Shown piece by piece: positions 31,803 through 41,899 of a stretch of DNA of 64,000 nt (its first letter is position 1; each line of letters opens with the position of its first letter). The translations under genes and the position numbers were made by a program. Source of the DNA: Candidatus Marinacidobacterales bacterium (GTDB lineage: Bacteria > Acidobacteriota > Vicinamibacteria > Marinacidobacterales > SMYC01). The notes under the pieces are model-generated. The model ran no database searches. It worked only from the letters and a program-made list of their open reading frames with translations, and had not been told where the DNA came from. The stretch lies in assembly GCA_965237955.1 (NCBI GenBank), contig OZ250169.1:3232001-3296000 (forward strand), given 5' to 3'.

Positions 31803-32686
31803 ATGAGAAAAGCGAAGTCGAAGCTTTGGTGTGGCGCCGCGGCGACGGCGTGGATCATCGGATGTGCCACCGCGAAGCAGCCTTCCGCGACTACGAGCGG
31901 CGAGCGCCGTAACGTGATCTTCATCCTCGTCGATGATCAGAGGTACGACGCCTTGGGGTTTCTCAATCCGCTTCTCGAGACGCCGAACATGGATCGTCTC
32001 GCCGAAGAGGGTGTCTACTTCAGAAACGCTTTCGTGACGACCGCTCTGTGCTCACCGAGCCGCGCGACCATCCTGACCGGTCAGTACATGCACAACCACG
32101 GTATCGTCGACAACAACGAGGCGAGCACCGAGGGGTTGACGTTCTTCCCCGAGTATCTTCAAGAAGCGGGGTACGAGACGGCGTTCATCGGCAAGTGGCA
32201 CATGGGCGGGGCAACCGACGACCCGCAGCGCGGCTTCGACCACTGGGTGAGTTTTCAAGGGCAGGGTGACTACTACCCCGGTGACAATCCGAACAGGGAA
32301 AGCGTTTTGAACGTCGACGGCGAGCACGTCCCTCAGAAAGGCTATATCACCGACGAGCTCACCGACTACGCACTGAGCTGGCTTCGAGAGGAGCGCGATG
32401 ACGGCAAACCGTTTTTTCTCTATCTCTCCCACAAAGCGGTGCACGCGGATTTCTATCCTGCCGAGGAGTATCGCGGTCTCTACGCCGACGCCGCCATCGA
32501 GCTTCCCGCGAGTGCCGCGAACACCGTAGAAAACTACGCGGGAAAACCCATGTGGGTACAGAACCAGAGAAACAGCTGGCACGGCGTTGATTTTCCTTAC
32601 CACAGCGACCTCGACGTGCGCGAGTACTTGCGTCGCTACTACCAAACGCTGACGTCGGTGGATGACAGCCTCGGCCGTATTCTCGT
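31803..32686 (+). pseudogene. Cys-type sulfatase lipoprotein, 3'-truncated
   Basis: NVIFILVDDQR, LCSPSRATILTG, GKWH; homology ends at SLGRIL. Confidence 0.85.
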
Positions 32687-32689
32687 GTT

Positions 32690-33367
32690 TTTGGCATCGT
32701 GCTTGCGCGCGATTGCGTGGGCCTTGGCGACGATCTCGAGGGGCGTCGTGTAGAGAGCATGTGGCGCGATGGAAGGGATCACGAGTGGATGGGATTTGTA
32801 CTTCTCGATGAAGCCCTCGGCGCCTATTAGCGCTTCTTCTGGGGTCTTGTAGTCGGGCGCGGGGAAGCCGATAACAGACTGGCCGAGCACGCCGCGGATG
32901 CCGACCGCTTCGGTGGCGCGCGCGACTTCCTCCTCGAAATAGTACATGTCGGCATAGGTGGTGGTGCCCCCGCGAGCCATCTCCACGCAGCCAAGGAGCG
33001 ATCCCCAGTAGACGAACTCGGGCGCGACATTCTGCGCTTCGGCGGGAAAGATGTAGTTCTCGAGCCATTCCAGAAGAGCGAGATCGTCGGCGATGCCTCT
33101 AAGGAGCGTCATCGCCGCGTGGCCATGCGCGTTGATGAGGCCCGGGATGACGAGGTGGCCGGAAGCATCGATCGTCTCGGCCGCGTCCGGAAGCGGATCC
33201 GAGGCGGAGAGAATGGCCTCGATGTGGTCGCCGCGGATGGCGACCGCACCAGATTCGAGCACGCGCCGCTCACCGTCCATGGTGACGACGGTGCCGCCCC
33301 TTATCAGGATGTCGACTGGACTTTGAGCATTCGTGGCGAGAACTAGGGCTAACAAGAAAGCATTCAT
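32690..33367 (-). pseudogene. Amidohydrolase (MtaD/SsnA-like), 3'-truncated
   Basis: PGLINAHGH, GTTTYADMY, APHALYT; breaks after RKHDA. Confidence 0.85.
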
Positions 33368-35094
33368 GAAGCGGGCTCCATTTCGACCGAGCGCAACCGG
33401 TTTAATCCAGAAGCGACTTCGAAGCGTCTTGGTCTGGCGAAGTTACCCGGATGCTCACCCGGGCCTCCGCCCGAGCGTAAAAACGGGGCAAGGACGTCGA
33501 GACCCTCCTCGTCGAACAACGATTCCAGACGGTCCATCATAGCGTTCAGGCTCGTCGCGTCCGAAAAACGTTTCGTCACCAGGTGCATGGCATATCCGGT
33601 CGCGCGCGTTTGACTCGGATCGACGAGCTGTTCGACTGCTCGTAGGTCGAGGGTCTCGCGGCCGAAAAGAATCTGGTCGCGTCCCCGGGCCTCGATCTTG
33701 ACGTCGCTTCGATATCGAGAGGCGCGAGAGGCGTCGATCGAGCTCGGGACCGGTCGTCGCTCGCGAGTCAGAGTGAAGGGGCGATCCGATTCGGCGTTGC
33801 GGCCTGTCGGGCGCTCGGCCGCGATGCGTTTCGCTTCCGCGGTGACGTCTTCCGGAACATACTCGGTCATTCTAATAATGTTGTCGGCGGGCTCGAAGTA
33901 ATCACCCGAACCGCCCATCACCAGCACGGTAGACACCCCTAGTCTCTGGTAGAGTTCGCGCACGCGGTCGAGAAACGGCAGGATGGGCTCCCGGTCCTTC
34001 GCGACCAGAGCTTGCATGCGGGCGTCGCGCATCATGAAGTTCGTCGCCGAGGTGTCTTCGTCGAGAAGAAGCACTTTGGCACCGACTTCGAGCGCTTCCA
34101 TGATGTTCGCCGCTTGGCTCGTGCTACCGCTTGCGTCATCCGACGAAAAATCCACGGTGCTACGGCCCAGGGGGAGGCGTTGGATGAACGGGCTGATATC
34201 GACGCATGACACCCGCCGGCCGTCTTCGGCTCGTATCTTCACGGCGTCGATGCGACTGACCACGCCCTCGCGACCATCCCCAGGAATATGAGGGTAGACC
34301 CCGCGCTCGATCGCTTTCAACACGGTGCTCTTTCCGTGATAGCCGCCGCCCACGATGAGGGTAACGCCAACGGGTACTCCCATGCCCACGATGGCACGAC
34401 CGTCGCTAAGCGGCAAGCTCACGCGCAACGACTCCGGCGAGCGGAACGGGATCGCGTCCGCCATTGGCAGGTCGGATGCGCCGCTCTCTCGCGGGAGAAT
34501 GGCGCCGTCGGCGATGAAAGCGACGAGCCCGTGCTCGGTCAAAACCTGCCGAAGTTGCTCGTAGGTCTCGACGGTGCGGACGAAGTCGCGTCCTCGGGCG
34601 TCATCCACGCTTTCCCACCGAAGTGCACGATCCACGATCGCCGGCAGTTGGCGAACGAGAATGGACTCCGCTTCTTTCCCGAGAATCGTGCGCCCCGATC
34701 CGGGAAGACCCACTTCGATCCGCGCTTCCACCCAACCCTCGGTGACGACGAGCGCGGTTCGCTCCAAGACTTCCTGAGCGCCCGCGTCGATGGTGACGAG
34801 ACCGCTCTTACCTGTCCCACGCCGGGGACCTCTGGGGATCGCGTCTCTCACTTCGCGCGCGAGAAAATCTTGAAGTGCTACCCGGCGCACACGGTTGTCG
34901 AACAGCGGCGTGGGAAGCTTTGCGAGGTCTTGCGGCACGCGCAGGCGCATTTTGGAAGGCGCCGCGAACGGATCGCCTTGCACGTGGTCGATGTAGAGCG
35001 TCCAATCCGGGAAGCGATAGTTTCCCGTCAGCTCTTTGTAGGCCTTGTAGCCTCGGCCGTCGATACGGCGTAGTTTGCCGACGAGCTCCTCCAT
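33364..35094 (-). CDS. ABC-ATPase domain-containing protein (ABC_ATPase family)
   Basis: HVQGDPFAAPS, GGGYHGKST, ASGSTSQA, LLLDEDTSATNFM. Confidence 0.88.
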   Translation of the reverse strand: MEELVGKLRRIDGRGYKAYKELTGNYRFPDWTLYIDHVQGDPFAAPSKMRLRVPQDLAKLPTPLFDNRVRRVALQDFLAREVRDAIPRGPRRGTGKSGLVTIDAGAQEVLERTALVVTEGWVEARIEVGLPGSGRTILGKEAESILVRQLPAIVDRALRWESVDDARGRDFVRTVETYEQLRQVLTEHGLVAFIADGAILPRESGASDLPMADAIPFRSPESLRVSLPLSDGRAIVGMGVPVGVTLIVGGGYHGKSTVLKAIERGVYPHIPGDGREGVVSRIDAVKIRAEDGRRVSCVDISPFIQRLPLGRSTVDFSSDDASGSTSQAANIMEALEVGAKVLLLDEDTSATNFMMRDARMQALVAKDREPILPFLDRVRELYQRLGVSTVLVMGGSGDYFEPADNIIRMTEYVPEDVTAEAKRIAAERPTGRNAESDRPFTLTRERRPVPSSIDASRASRYRSDVKIEARGRDQILFGRETLDLRAVEQLVDPSQTRATGYAMHLVTKRFSDATSLNAMMDRLESLFDEEGLDVLAPFLRSGGGPGEHPGNFARPRRFEVASGLNRLRSVEMEPAS

Positions 35095-35107
35095 TACGCG
35101 AACTCCA

Positions 35108-36418
35108 TTATGCTGGCTCGGCCTTCATCGCAGCTTGCCGTCCTTTGTCGACGTCGACGAAGCTCAACAAGAACATGCCGACGATGAAAAACGCAATCAG
35201 TGCGAGGATGGCATGCCGCCCACCACCGGTCCATTCGGCCACGACGGCGAACACGAGCGGGCCGATGATGTTGCCGAACTTGCCGCTGACGCTGTAGAAG
35301 CCGAAAAACTGTGAGGATTTGGATGGTGGCACCATCGATGCAAAGAGCGAGCGGCTGAGCGCCTGGCTTCCTCCCTGGACGAGAGCGAGCGCAGACGCCA
35401 ACGCCCAAAAGTGCCACGGCTCGCTCATGTAGAAGCCGGCGATCGAGATACCGCTGTAGACGATGAGCGCGAGATAGATGCCGTTCTTCGTCCCGATACG
35501 GACCGCGAGCGCGCCATACGCGAAGGTCGCCGGGATGCCGAGGAACTGCACCATGAGAAACGCGCCCAACAAGTGCGCGGTTCCGATGCCGAGCTCGGCG
35601 CCGTAGGCAGTCGCCATCTTGATGATGGTGTTGATCCCATCGTTGTAGAACCAAAACGCGAGGAGGAAAACGAACAGTTGCCGGAACTGTCGGATCTCGG
35701 CGAACGTTTCAAAGACGCGCGAGAAGCCGACGCGGACAGGGTTCATCTGCTCGTGCTCGTCGCCTTCGAGCTTGCGTGGCGGTTCGGGAACGCCTCTCAG
35801 GATGGGTATCGTGAACAGAATCCACCAGATGGCGACGCTTAGAAACGCGTACCGGGATGCCTCGGCTCCGTCGGTGAACCCGAACTTGTCCGGCCAACTG
35901 ATCCACGCAAAATGCAGGGCGAGGAGTAGTCCGCCCCCGACGTAGCCTATTGCGTAGCCGGCGGTGGAGACGCGGTCGATCTCGTCGGGCTTGGCGACGT
36001 GCGGCAGGAGCGACTCGTAGAAGACATTTCCGCAGGCGAACCCGATGTTCCCGATGATGAACGCGACCGATGCGAACAACCATTGGCCCTCGGTCGCGAA
36101 GAAAAGGAGGAACGATCCGGTGGCGCCGATGAGGGCGAACGCGGCGAGGAACTTCTTCTTGGCCCCGAGGTAGTCCGCCACCGCTCCGAGAAACGGTGAC
36201 GTGAGCGCGATGATGACGAGCGCCACGGTGTGGGTGTAGCCCCAATAGGCCGTTTTTAGCTCGTCGGGAACTGTCGTGGTCGAGACGTTGACGAAGTAGA
36301 CCGGAAGCACCGCGCCCATGATGGTGGTGACGAAAGCGGAGTTGGCCCAGTCGTACATCGCCCACGCGCGAAGCTCTTTGCGATGCAGGCCGAGGGTTTC
36401 GAGCAGCCGATCCATCAA
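35108..36418 (-). CDS. MFS transporter, UMF1/ATG22-like
   Basis: [29 protein letters not shown]. Confidence 0.88.
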   Translation of the reverse strand: MMDRLLETLGLHRKELRAWAMYDWANSAFVTTIMGAVLPVYFVNVSTTTVPDELKTAYWGYTHTVALVIIALTSPFLGAVADYLGAKKKFLAAFALIGATGSFLLFFATEGQWLFASVAFIIGNIGFACGNVFYESLLPHVAKPDEIDRVSTAGYAIGYVGGGLLLALHFAWISWPDKFGFTDGAEASRYAFLSVAIWWILFTIPILRGVPEPPRKLEGDEHEQMNPVRVGFSRVFETFAEIRQFRQLFVFLLAFWFYNDGINTIIKMATAYGAELGIGTAHLLGAFLMVQFLGIPATFAYGALAVRIGTKNGIYLALIVYSGISIAGFYMSEPWHFWALASALALVQGGSQALSRSLFASMVPPSKSSQFFGFYSVSGKFGNIIGPLVFAVVAEWTGGGRHAILALIAFFIVGMFLLSFVDVDKGRQAAMKAEPA

Positions 36419-36762
36419 CCCTCTTCCAGCTCGAGAATCGCTCGGCGAACGGAGTCTGGAAGTGCGGTCTTGCGATTTTCGTTGTAATCGAAGGCGACGA
36501 TGAGCCCTTCACCGTCGGCGGCGATCGTGCCCAAGGCAACGCTTTCGATGCAATAGAGCATGGTGAAGCGATCTTCTTGCAGGTCGTTCACGGTGGCGCC
36601 TATTCGAATGCGGTCGGGGTAGGTGAGCGGCTTCCGGAAACGGCATTGGGTGGTCGCGAGAATCGGGCCGACGCCGCTCCGCTTCATCTCGTCGAGAAAG
36701 CCAACGCGCTCGAAATAGGCGAGGCGTGCGCTCTCGAAGTAGCGAAAGTACACGATGTTGTT
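36415..36762 (-). pseudogene. Acyl-CoA thioesterase (4HBT/YbgC), 5'-truncated
   Basis: NNIVYFRYFESAR...CRFRKPLTYPD; the upstream D..GHV segment is missing. Confidence 0.8.
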
Positions 36763-36764
36763 GG

Positions 36765-36969
36765 GACTTATACCTATGGCTTGACACGCGCCCGCCGCTT
36801 CCGGTGGCGGCGAGGCTGGATTTGGCATGGCGCTTGCGCTTGCGCTTCCGCTCGTCGTCACCGTCCTGCGGCTTAGGTTTGATTTTTTTGGTGCGTGGTA
36901 GCGGGCGTTTTTATAAGCAAGTCGTTTATTTACAACGGCTGAGTTACGCGGTGTGGATCGTAATAAGTC
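36765..36969. mobile_element. 205-bp MITE-like insert
   Basis: Ends GACTTAT...ATAAGTC; partly AT-rich interior; sits at a gene-fusion junction. Confidence 0.55.
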
Positions 36970-36992
36970 ATCGTGTCTCCCGTTGGGAGACA

Positions 36993-37287
36993 GCCGGAGC
37001 GGATCGCGGCGGGGAAGATCCTTTGCCATCCAGTGAGTCAGCGGCGTGAACGCGACGGCGAGCCAGAGGACGCCGAGCGCGGCGACGACAGGAGCCAAAA
37101 GCTTCCGGAGCGACGTGAGCCAAGAGACGGCCCCGACCAACGCCGCCACCGCAACGAGCGGGCTGCGTTGGGCCCAATAGGAGACGACCATGGTCAGGTC
37201 GAGATCTTTGATGATGAGACCGGCGAGCGCGCCAACGGCGGCCCCAGTAAGAAAGTCCTTGCTCTTCGATCGAGGGGGCTCACGCAC
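36993..37287 (-). pseudogene. N-terminal membrane part of a YdcF/DUF218-like protein
   Basis: Three TM segments, then VAFTPL...LPRRDPL; truncated. Confidence 0.5.
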
Positions 37288-38434
37288 CGGCAGAGTCTAC
37301 TCGATTCGACACGACGCGGAGAACCCTCTCGATCGCGATCCGAAACCGTCCGGGCCGCGGAAGGAGGCTTGCCACGACGTGTGAGTCCCGCTCGAAGCCG
37401 AAGAGAACGCCGGGGTGGAGGTAAACCGAGGCTCGTTCGAGAAAATCGATGGCCCATTCCTCTGAGCTCGCGACGGCCGGAAGCCGCAGCGTGGCATACC
37501 AGCCACCGTCAGGAACCGGAAACGTCACCTCGGGAACATCTTGGAGTGCTCGCTCGAGTGCGCCCAGATTCTCGTCGACTCGTTCTCGGATGCGCTCGCG
37601 AATACTTGGCGCCAGCTCGAGACAGCGTGGTGCTGCGAGTTGCACCGGGGTTCCCACGGAAAGAAATGCGTCGGCGATATGCTCGAGCCGAGTCCTCACT
37701 TCCTTACGGCGCTCGGTTGCTCCGCCGATCGTGATCCACGCAAGCTTCATTTGCGGAAGTCCTGCGAGCTTCGACAGACCACTCAACACGAAGACGAGCC
37801 CTCGTTCCGCACCCGCAAAACTTCTGGGCACGGAGGCCCCGATGACGTAGTCGAGGAATACCTCGTCGACGATGAGCGCCACGTCGTTGTCTTCCGACAA
37901 CGTCACCAGGCGTTCAGCTGTTTCGTCCGAGACGTACGAGCCAGTCGGGTTGTTCGGATGGACGGCTACGATGGCGCGGCAGCGGGGTGAAAGCGAGTCT
38001 TCCGGTCCGTGATCGAGCGAGTAGGGGACGGGCTCGACCGCCTCGAGTGAAGCGAGTGTTTCGAAGAGCGGGTAACTCGGCCGCGGAACGAGCACTTCAT
38101 CGCCAGGCTCGCACAAGCACTTGATCAGAAAACTGTACGCTTCACTCGTGCCGGCGGTGAGAACGATATCGTCGGGAGAAACATCCTTACCGCGTTCGAA
38201 GTAGTAGCGCGCGACCGCTTGCCGCGCGATGAGGTGTCCTTTCGGTGCGGGCTCGTAGGTAAGCGCCTCTGGTTGGGCAAGTGCCGCAAGAATCTCGTCG
38301 TTCGGGTACGTCAAGCCCACGCGCGTAGGATTCGACTCGGTGAGATCGAAAACGTCATCACCCCCCGCCCGCTTGCGCGACAGCACCCGCCACAGCTCGT
38401 TCTCTTCGAGAGATCCAAGGCGTTCCGAGAACAT
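37280..38434 (-). CDS. Class I/II PLP-dependent aminotransferase
   Basis: HPNNPTG, IVDEVF, SGLSKLAGLPQMKLAW. Confidence 0.9.
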   Translation of the reverse strand: MFSERLGSLEENELWRVLSRKRAGGDDVFDLTESNPTRVGLTYPNDEILAALAQPEALTYEPAPKGHLIARQAVARYYFERGKDVSPDDIVLTAGTSEAYSFLIKCLCEPGDEVLVPRPSYPLFETLASLEAVEPVPYSLDHGPEDSLSPRCRAIVAVHPNNPTGSYVSDETAERLVTLSEDNDVALIVDEVFLDYVIGASVPRSFAGAERGLVFVLSGLSKLAGLPQMKLAWITIGGATERRKEVRTRLEHIADAFLSVGTPVQLAAPRCLELAPSIRERIRERVDENLGALERALQDVPEVTFPVPDGGWYATLRLPAVASSEEWAIDFLERASVYLHPGVLFGFERDSHVVASLLPRPGRFRIAIERVLRVVSNRVDSAGA

Positions 38435-38473
38435 GTGCTTAAGTGACGAGCTTGTTCCGCGGGAGAAAAAAAC

Positions 38474-38699
38474 TCAACGCAAAGGCGCAAAGTCGCGAGG
38501 GCGCAAAGTGGAGGCGCCTTCGGCGCCGGTCCCCTTCATTCAACCGGGCGTCATTCGGCGCCGCATTCTTCGTTCTGATGAGACTCCAACTTCCTGCCAA
38601 ACAGTGAGCACGTTGCGCAAACCAGCGTTGCAGGGCCAAGGATCTGTACCCGGAGTTGATCTTTCCTGGCGTCTTTGCGTCTTTGCGCCTTTGCGTTGA
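38474..38699. repeat. REP/REPIN-like element with 19-bp inverted ends built from GCAAAG-containing octamers
   Basis: TCAACGCAAAGGCGCAAAG ... CTTTGCGCCTTTGCGTTGA; intergenic. Confidence 0.75.
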
Positions 38700-38744
38700 T
38701 CTTCGAATTGGACTTCACTTCCCTGTCTTCCTGCCGGAAAGAAT

Positions 38745-40721
38745 CTAAATCAGGAGGGGATCGGTGATGATCTCGACCAGAGCGGGGCCTTCATGCCCGA
38801 GGGCCTTTTCGAGCTCCTGGTCGAGCTTGCCGGCATCGGTGACGCGAACGCCCATCGCGCCACAGAGCTCGGCATACTCCGCGAAGTTGGGGTTCACCAG
38901 TGACGTCTGCCATACTTCCCACTCGCCCGCGCGCTGCTCTTTGCTGATCTTGCCAAGCTCGTTGTTGTTCAGAAGGATATGGGTGATGTTCATGTCGTAT
39001 TTCACGGCGGTCGTGAGCTCTCCCATGTACTGTCCGAACCCACCATCGCCGGAGATCGACACCACCGGGCGCCCGGAGAATTTCGAGTCCTTTTCGATTG
39101 TCGCCGCCCACGCGCCGAGCGCGGCCGGGAGCGCGAAACCGATCGAGCCGAGATAGCCCGACATGAGGACGGACTGCTGCTCGCATTCGAAGTAGCGCCC
39201 GAAACTGTAGGTATTGTTCCCGACGTCGACGGCGATGATCGCATCGCCGGGAACACGGCGGTTCAAAGCGGCGAAGACCGCCGCCGAGCCGAGGCCCTTT
39301 TCGGAAACGTCGTCTTCGCGCCGTCTTTTCTCCTGCCGCCAGATATTCCACCGCTCCGCGACTTCTGGCGTCTGATTCTGGAATTTGTTGTCGCTGCCGA
39401 GACCCTCTCGCAAGAGAGAAGCGGTCACGCCGATCTCTCCCCAAACCGGAACGTCGATGCTATGAAATTTGCCGAGGATCATCGGGTCGTAGTCGACCTG
39501 GATCGTCGGTTTCTTGGGTGTGATGCCGGTGTGATTGCTGAAGCTCGCGCCGAGCACGAGCAAGCAATCGGCCTCGTTCATGAACCAGCTCGCGATGGGC
39601 GTACCGCTTCGACCGAGAACGCCGCAGCCGAGCGGATGTGCGTCGCTAACGAGGCCCTTGCCTTTGAACGTCGTGACGACAGGCGCGGGCATCGCCTCGG
39701 CGAGCGGTAGCACTTCGTCCATGTGAAACCGCGCGCCATGCCCCACGATGATCACCGGGCGCTTCGATCGGCGGAGTAGGGCGAGAGCCTCGTCGAGCGA
39801 TGCGGCGGGCGGGGCAATCTCTCTCGCGGTGAGCCGTCCTTGGGGGCCGCCGGGCTTCGAGGTCTCGGATGCCGGTTGTACCTGAACTTCGTCCGGAAAG
39901 ATGAGATGCGAGACACCCCGATTCAAAATCGCACTCTTGAGCGCCAAGTTCACGAGCTCGGCATGACGGCTCGTCGAGAGCACGGGCTGGCTCCACTGCG
40001 CGACTCTACCGTAGGCCGCCTGGAGGTCCACTTCTTGAAACGCTCCTGGGCCCAACACTTGGGTGTCGACCTGACCCGTCAAAGCCAGTGCCGGCGCCCG
40101 GTCGACGTTCGCGTCCCAGAGACCTGTTAGCAAGTTGGTGGCGCCGGGGCCTGCGATCGAAAAGCACGCGGCCGGCCGGCCGGTGAGCTTTCCGTAGGCG
40201 GACACCGCGAACGAGGCCGCGCCCTCGTGGCGTACACCAAAATAGCGGAGCTCGCCGGCTTCGTGTTGGCGCCTGAGTGCTTCGGCGAGGCCGAGATTCG
40301 AGTGACCCACCATTCCGAAAACGGATCGCACTCCCCAGTTGACCATGGTCTCGACCATGACGTCGGAGATGGTGCGCGGAACACCAAGTGGGGATGCGGC
40401 TATGTCGAACGCGACGTAGATACCATCGTCGCGGCGTGCGACCGGATACGTCTGAACGCCGTCGTCGTAGCCTCCCGGCGGTTTGCCGGTGAGCGGGTGG
40501 TAATCCCACCCGTGCCACGGACAACGGAGGAAACCTTTCTCGATCGAGCCCTCGCCGAGCGGTCCTTTTTGGTGGGGGCACTCGTTGTCGAGAGCCGCGT
40601 ATTGCCCTTGGTAGTGCGTCATGCACACGGTCGCCAGCCCGCAGGTGACGGGTTTGACGCGGCCTTCGGGAAGCTCGTCGAGCTCGAGCGCTTTGTACCA
40701 AACTCTATTGACGTCACTCAT
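38745..40721 (-). CDS. Rieske ferredoxin-fused TPP-dependent enzyme (pyruvate oxidase/acetolactate synthase family)
   Basis: CPHQ and CPWHG Rieske motifs; RHEGAA, GPGATN and GDGG...NN TPP motif. Confidence 0.9.
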   Translation of the reverse strand: MSDVNRVWYKALELDELPEGRVKPVTCGLATVCMTHYQGQYAALDNECPHQKGPLGEGSIEKGFLRCPWHGWDYHPLTGKPPGGYDDGVQTYPVARRDDGIYVAFDIAASPLGVPRTISDVMVETMVNWGVRSVFGMVGHSNLGLAEALRRQHEAGELRYFGVRHEGAASFAVSAYGKLTGRPAACFSIAGPGATNLLTGLWDANVDRAPALALTGQVDTQVLGPGAFQEVDLQAAYGRVAQWSQPVLSTSRHAELVNLALKSAILNRGVSHLIFPDEVQVQPASETSKPGGPQGRLTAREIAPPAASLDEALALLRRSKRPVIIVGHGARFHMDEVLPLAEAMPAPVVTTFKGKGLVSDAHPLGCGVLGRSGTPIASWFMNEADCLLVLGASFSNHTGITPKKPTIQVDYDPMILGKFHSIDVPVWGEIGVTASLLREGLGSDNKFQNQTPEVAERWNIWRQEKRRREDDVSEKGLGSAAVFAALNRRVPGDAIIAVDVGNNTYSFGRYFECEQQSVLMSGYLGSIGFALPAALGAWAATIEKDSKFSGRPVVSISGDGGFGQYMGELTTAVKYDMNITHILLNNNELGKISKEQRAGEWEVWQTSLVNPNFAEYAELCGAMGVRVTDAGKLDQELEKALGHEGPALVEIITDPLLI

Positions 40722-41100
40722 GCGTCGACCTCACCGCAGAAGCTTCCTCGAGCCGGAGATGGTTGCATCGAGAAACGCGTCGAGCTTGGCCCCCTGCTGG
40801 GCCGGGTCGTCATCCGCGGTTATATCCGATCCGGTGAGGATTGCGGAACGAATCCGTCGGTGTGCCAGTGCCCCATCTGAAGCTCGGGAAGATCACGAGC
40901 GGCGGGATGGGGCCATGGGGCGACGTACCAATACGGCTCGTCGTAGCTGGTATCGCCCGGGGACAGCCCCACGCCGATGGTCTTGTCGCCTCCGAGCGTG
41001 ATGAGAGCGGCGAGATCGAAGTGGTGCGGCCAGCATCGATCGTCACCTATGTCGAGGCTTCGCAGGACGCGCGCCGTATTTTTGAACCACAGCGCAAGCC
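40718..41100 (-). pseudogene. Fragment of a hypothetical protein (DUF5996-like C-terminus)
   Basis: CWPHHFDLA...GLSPGD...EPYWYVAPWP...GHWHTDGF; frameshifted. Confidence 0.5.
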
Positions 41101-41427
41101 TCACGGTGCTACTCCCGCGTAACGGACACCGGTAAGCTCGGCGATGTCCCGCTTCCATGCCGTCAGGTCGCGAAGCTCGAAACCCTGCAGGTGAGTGTGC
41201 CCGCAGGCTCGCGCGAGGATTTGCATGAGCTCGACCGTTGCCTTCAGGAAACTGTCGAGACGTTCCGCGGAGCGCTCGATCACGAGGCGGGCGCGCAGGT
41301 GCTCTTTTTGTGTCGCGAGATCGATGTTGCCGACGAGCGCGTAGGCCGGCGTACGGTCGGAAAGCTCGCTCCAAGTCGCGACTTTGGTACGGACGGGGGT
41401 TTGGGTGGATTCAGAGCTCACTGACAC
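41101..41427 (-). pseudogene. Internally deleted Rieske/FMN glutamate-synthase-like gene
   Basis: Rieske-type start (VATWSEL...YALVGNIDL) joined to a glutamate-synthase C-terminus (ATQKEHLR...ARACGH). Confidence 0.7.
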
Positions 41428-41587
41428 ATTGACATCCTCTCATTTATAGGATGCTCAGCGTCTCACGGTGGTTACAGCGCAAGTGTGAGCCGGCCTACAC
41501 TTGGCCAAGTGTTTGTATTCGCTTGGTTTGCGGCGTGCTTCGGGTTTGTTGAGCTCCAAAGCGGGTATTAACGATAGAATATGCCCT

Positions 41588-41878
41588 ATGAAACTTTCGG
41601 TATCGCAGCGCGTGCAGCACGAAAAATACGGCCTAGGAGTTATCTCGGAGTCCGATGCTGAGTACACCGTCATCGAGTTTGACGAGCACGGACGGAAGAA
41701 ATTCCTGACGCGCCTCGTTTCCTTGCAATCTAGTGACGAGCCGCCTCCGAAGCGGCGGCGCGCTCGCAAGAAGAAGACGACGACTAAGGCCACCAAGACG
41801 ACGACTAAGAAGAAAACGACGACGACTAAGAAGACGAAGAAGAAGAAGAAGGCGGCCAAGGCCACCAAGAAATCCTGA
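41588..41878 (+). CDS. Small SH3-like protein with a Lys/Thr-rich histone-like tail
   Basis: RVQHEKYGLGVI...IEFDEHGRKKF, then KKKTTTKATK repeats. Confidence 0.7.
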   Translation: MKLSVSQRVQHEKYGLGVISESDAEYTVIEFDEHGRKKFLTRLVSLQSSDEPPPKRRRARKKKTTTKATKTTTKKKTTTTKKTKKKKKAAKATKKS

Positions 41879-41899
41879 AGCGCCGGCCACCGGGCATCG

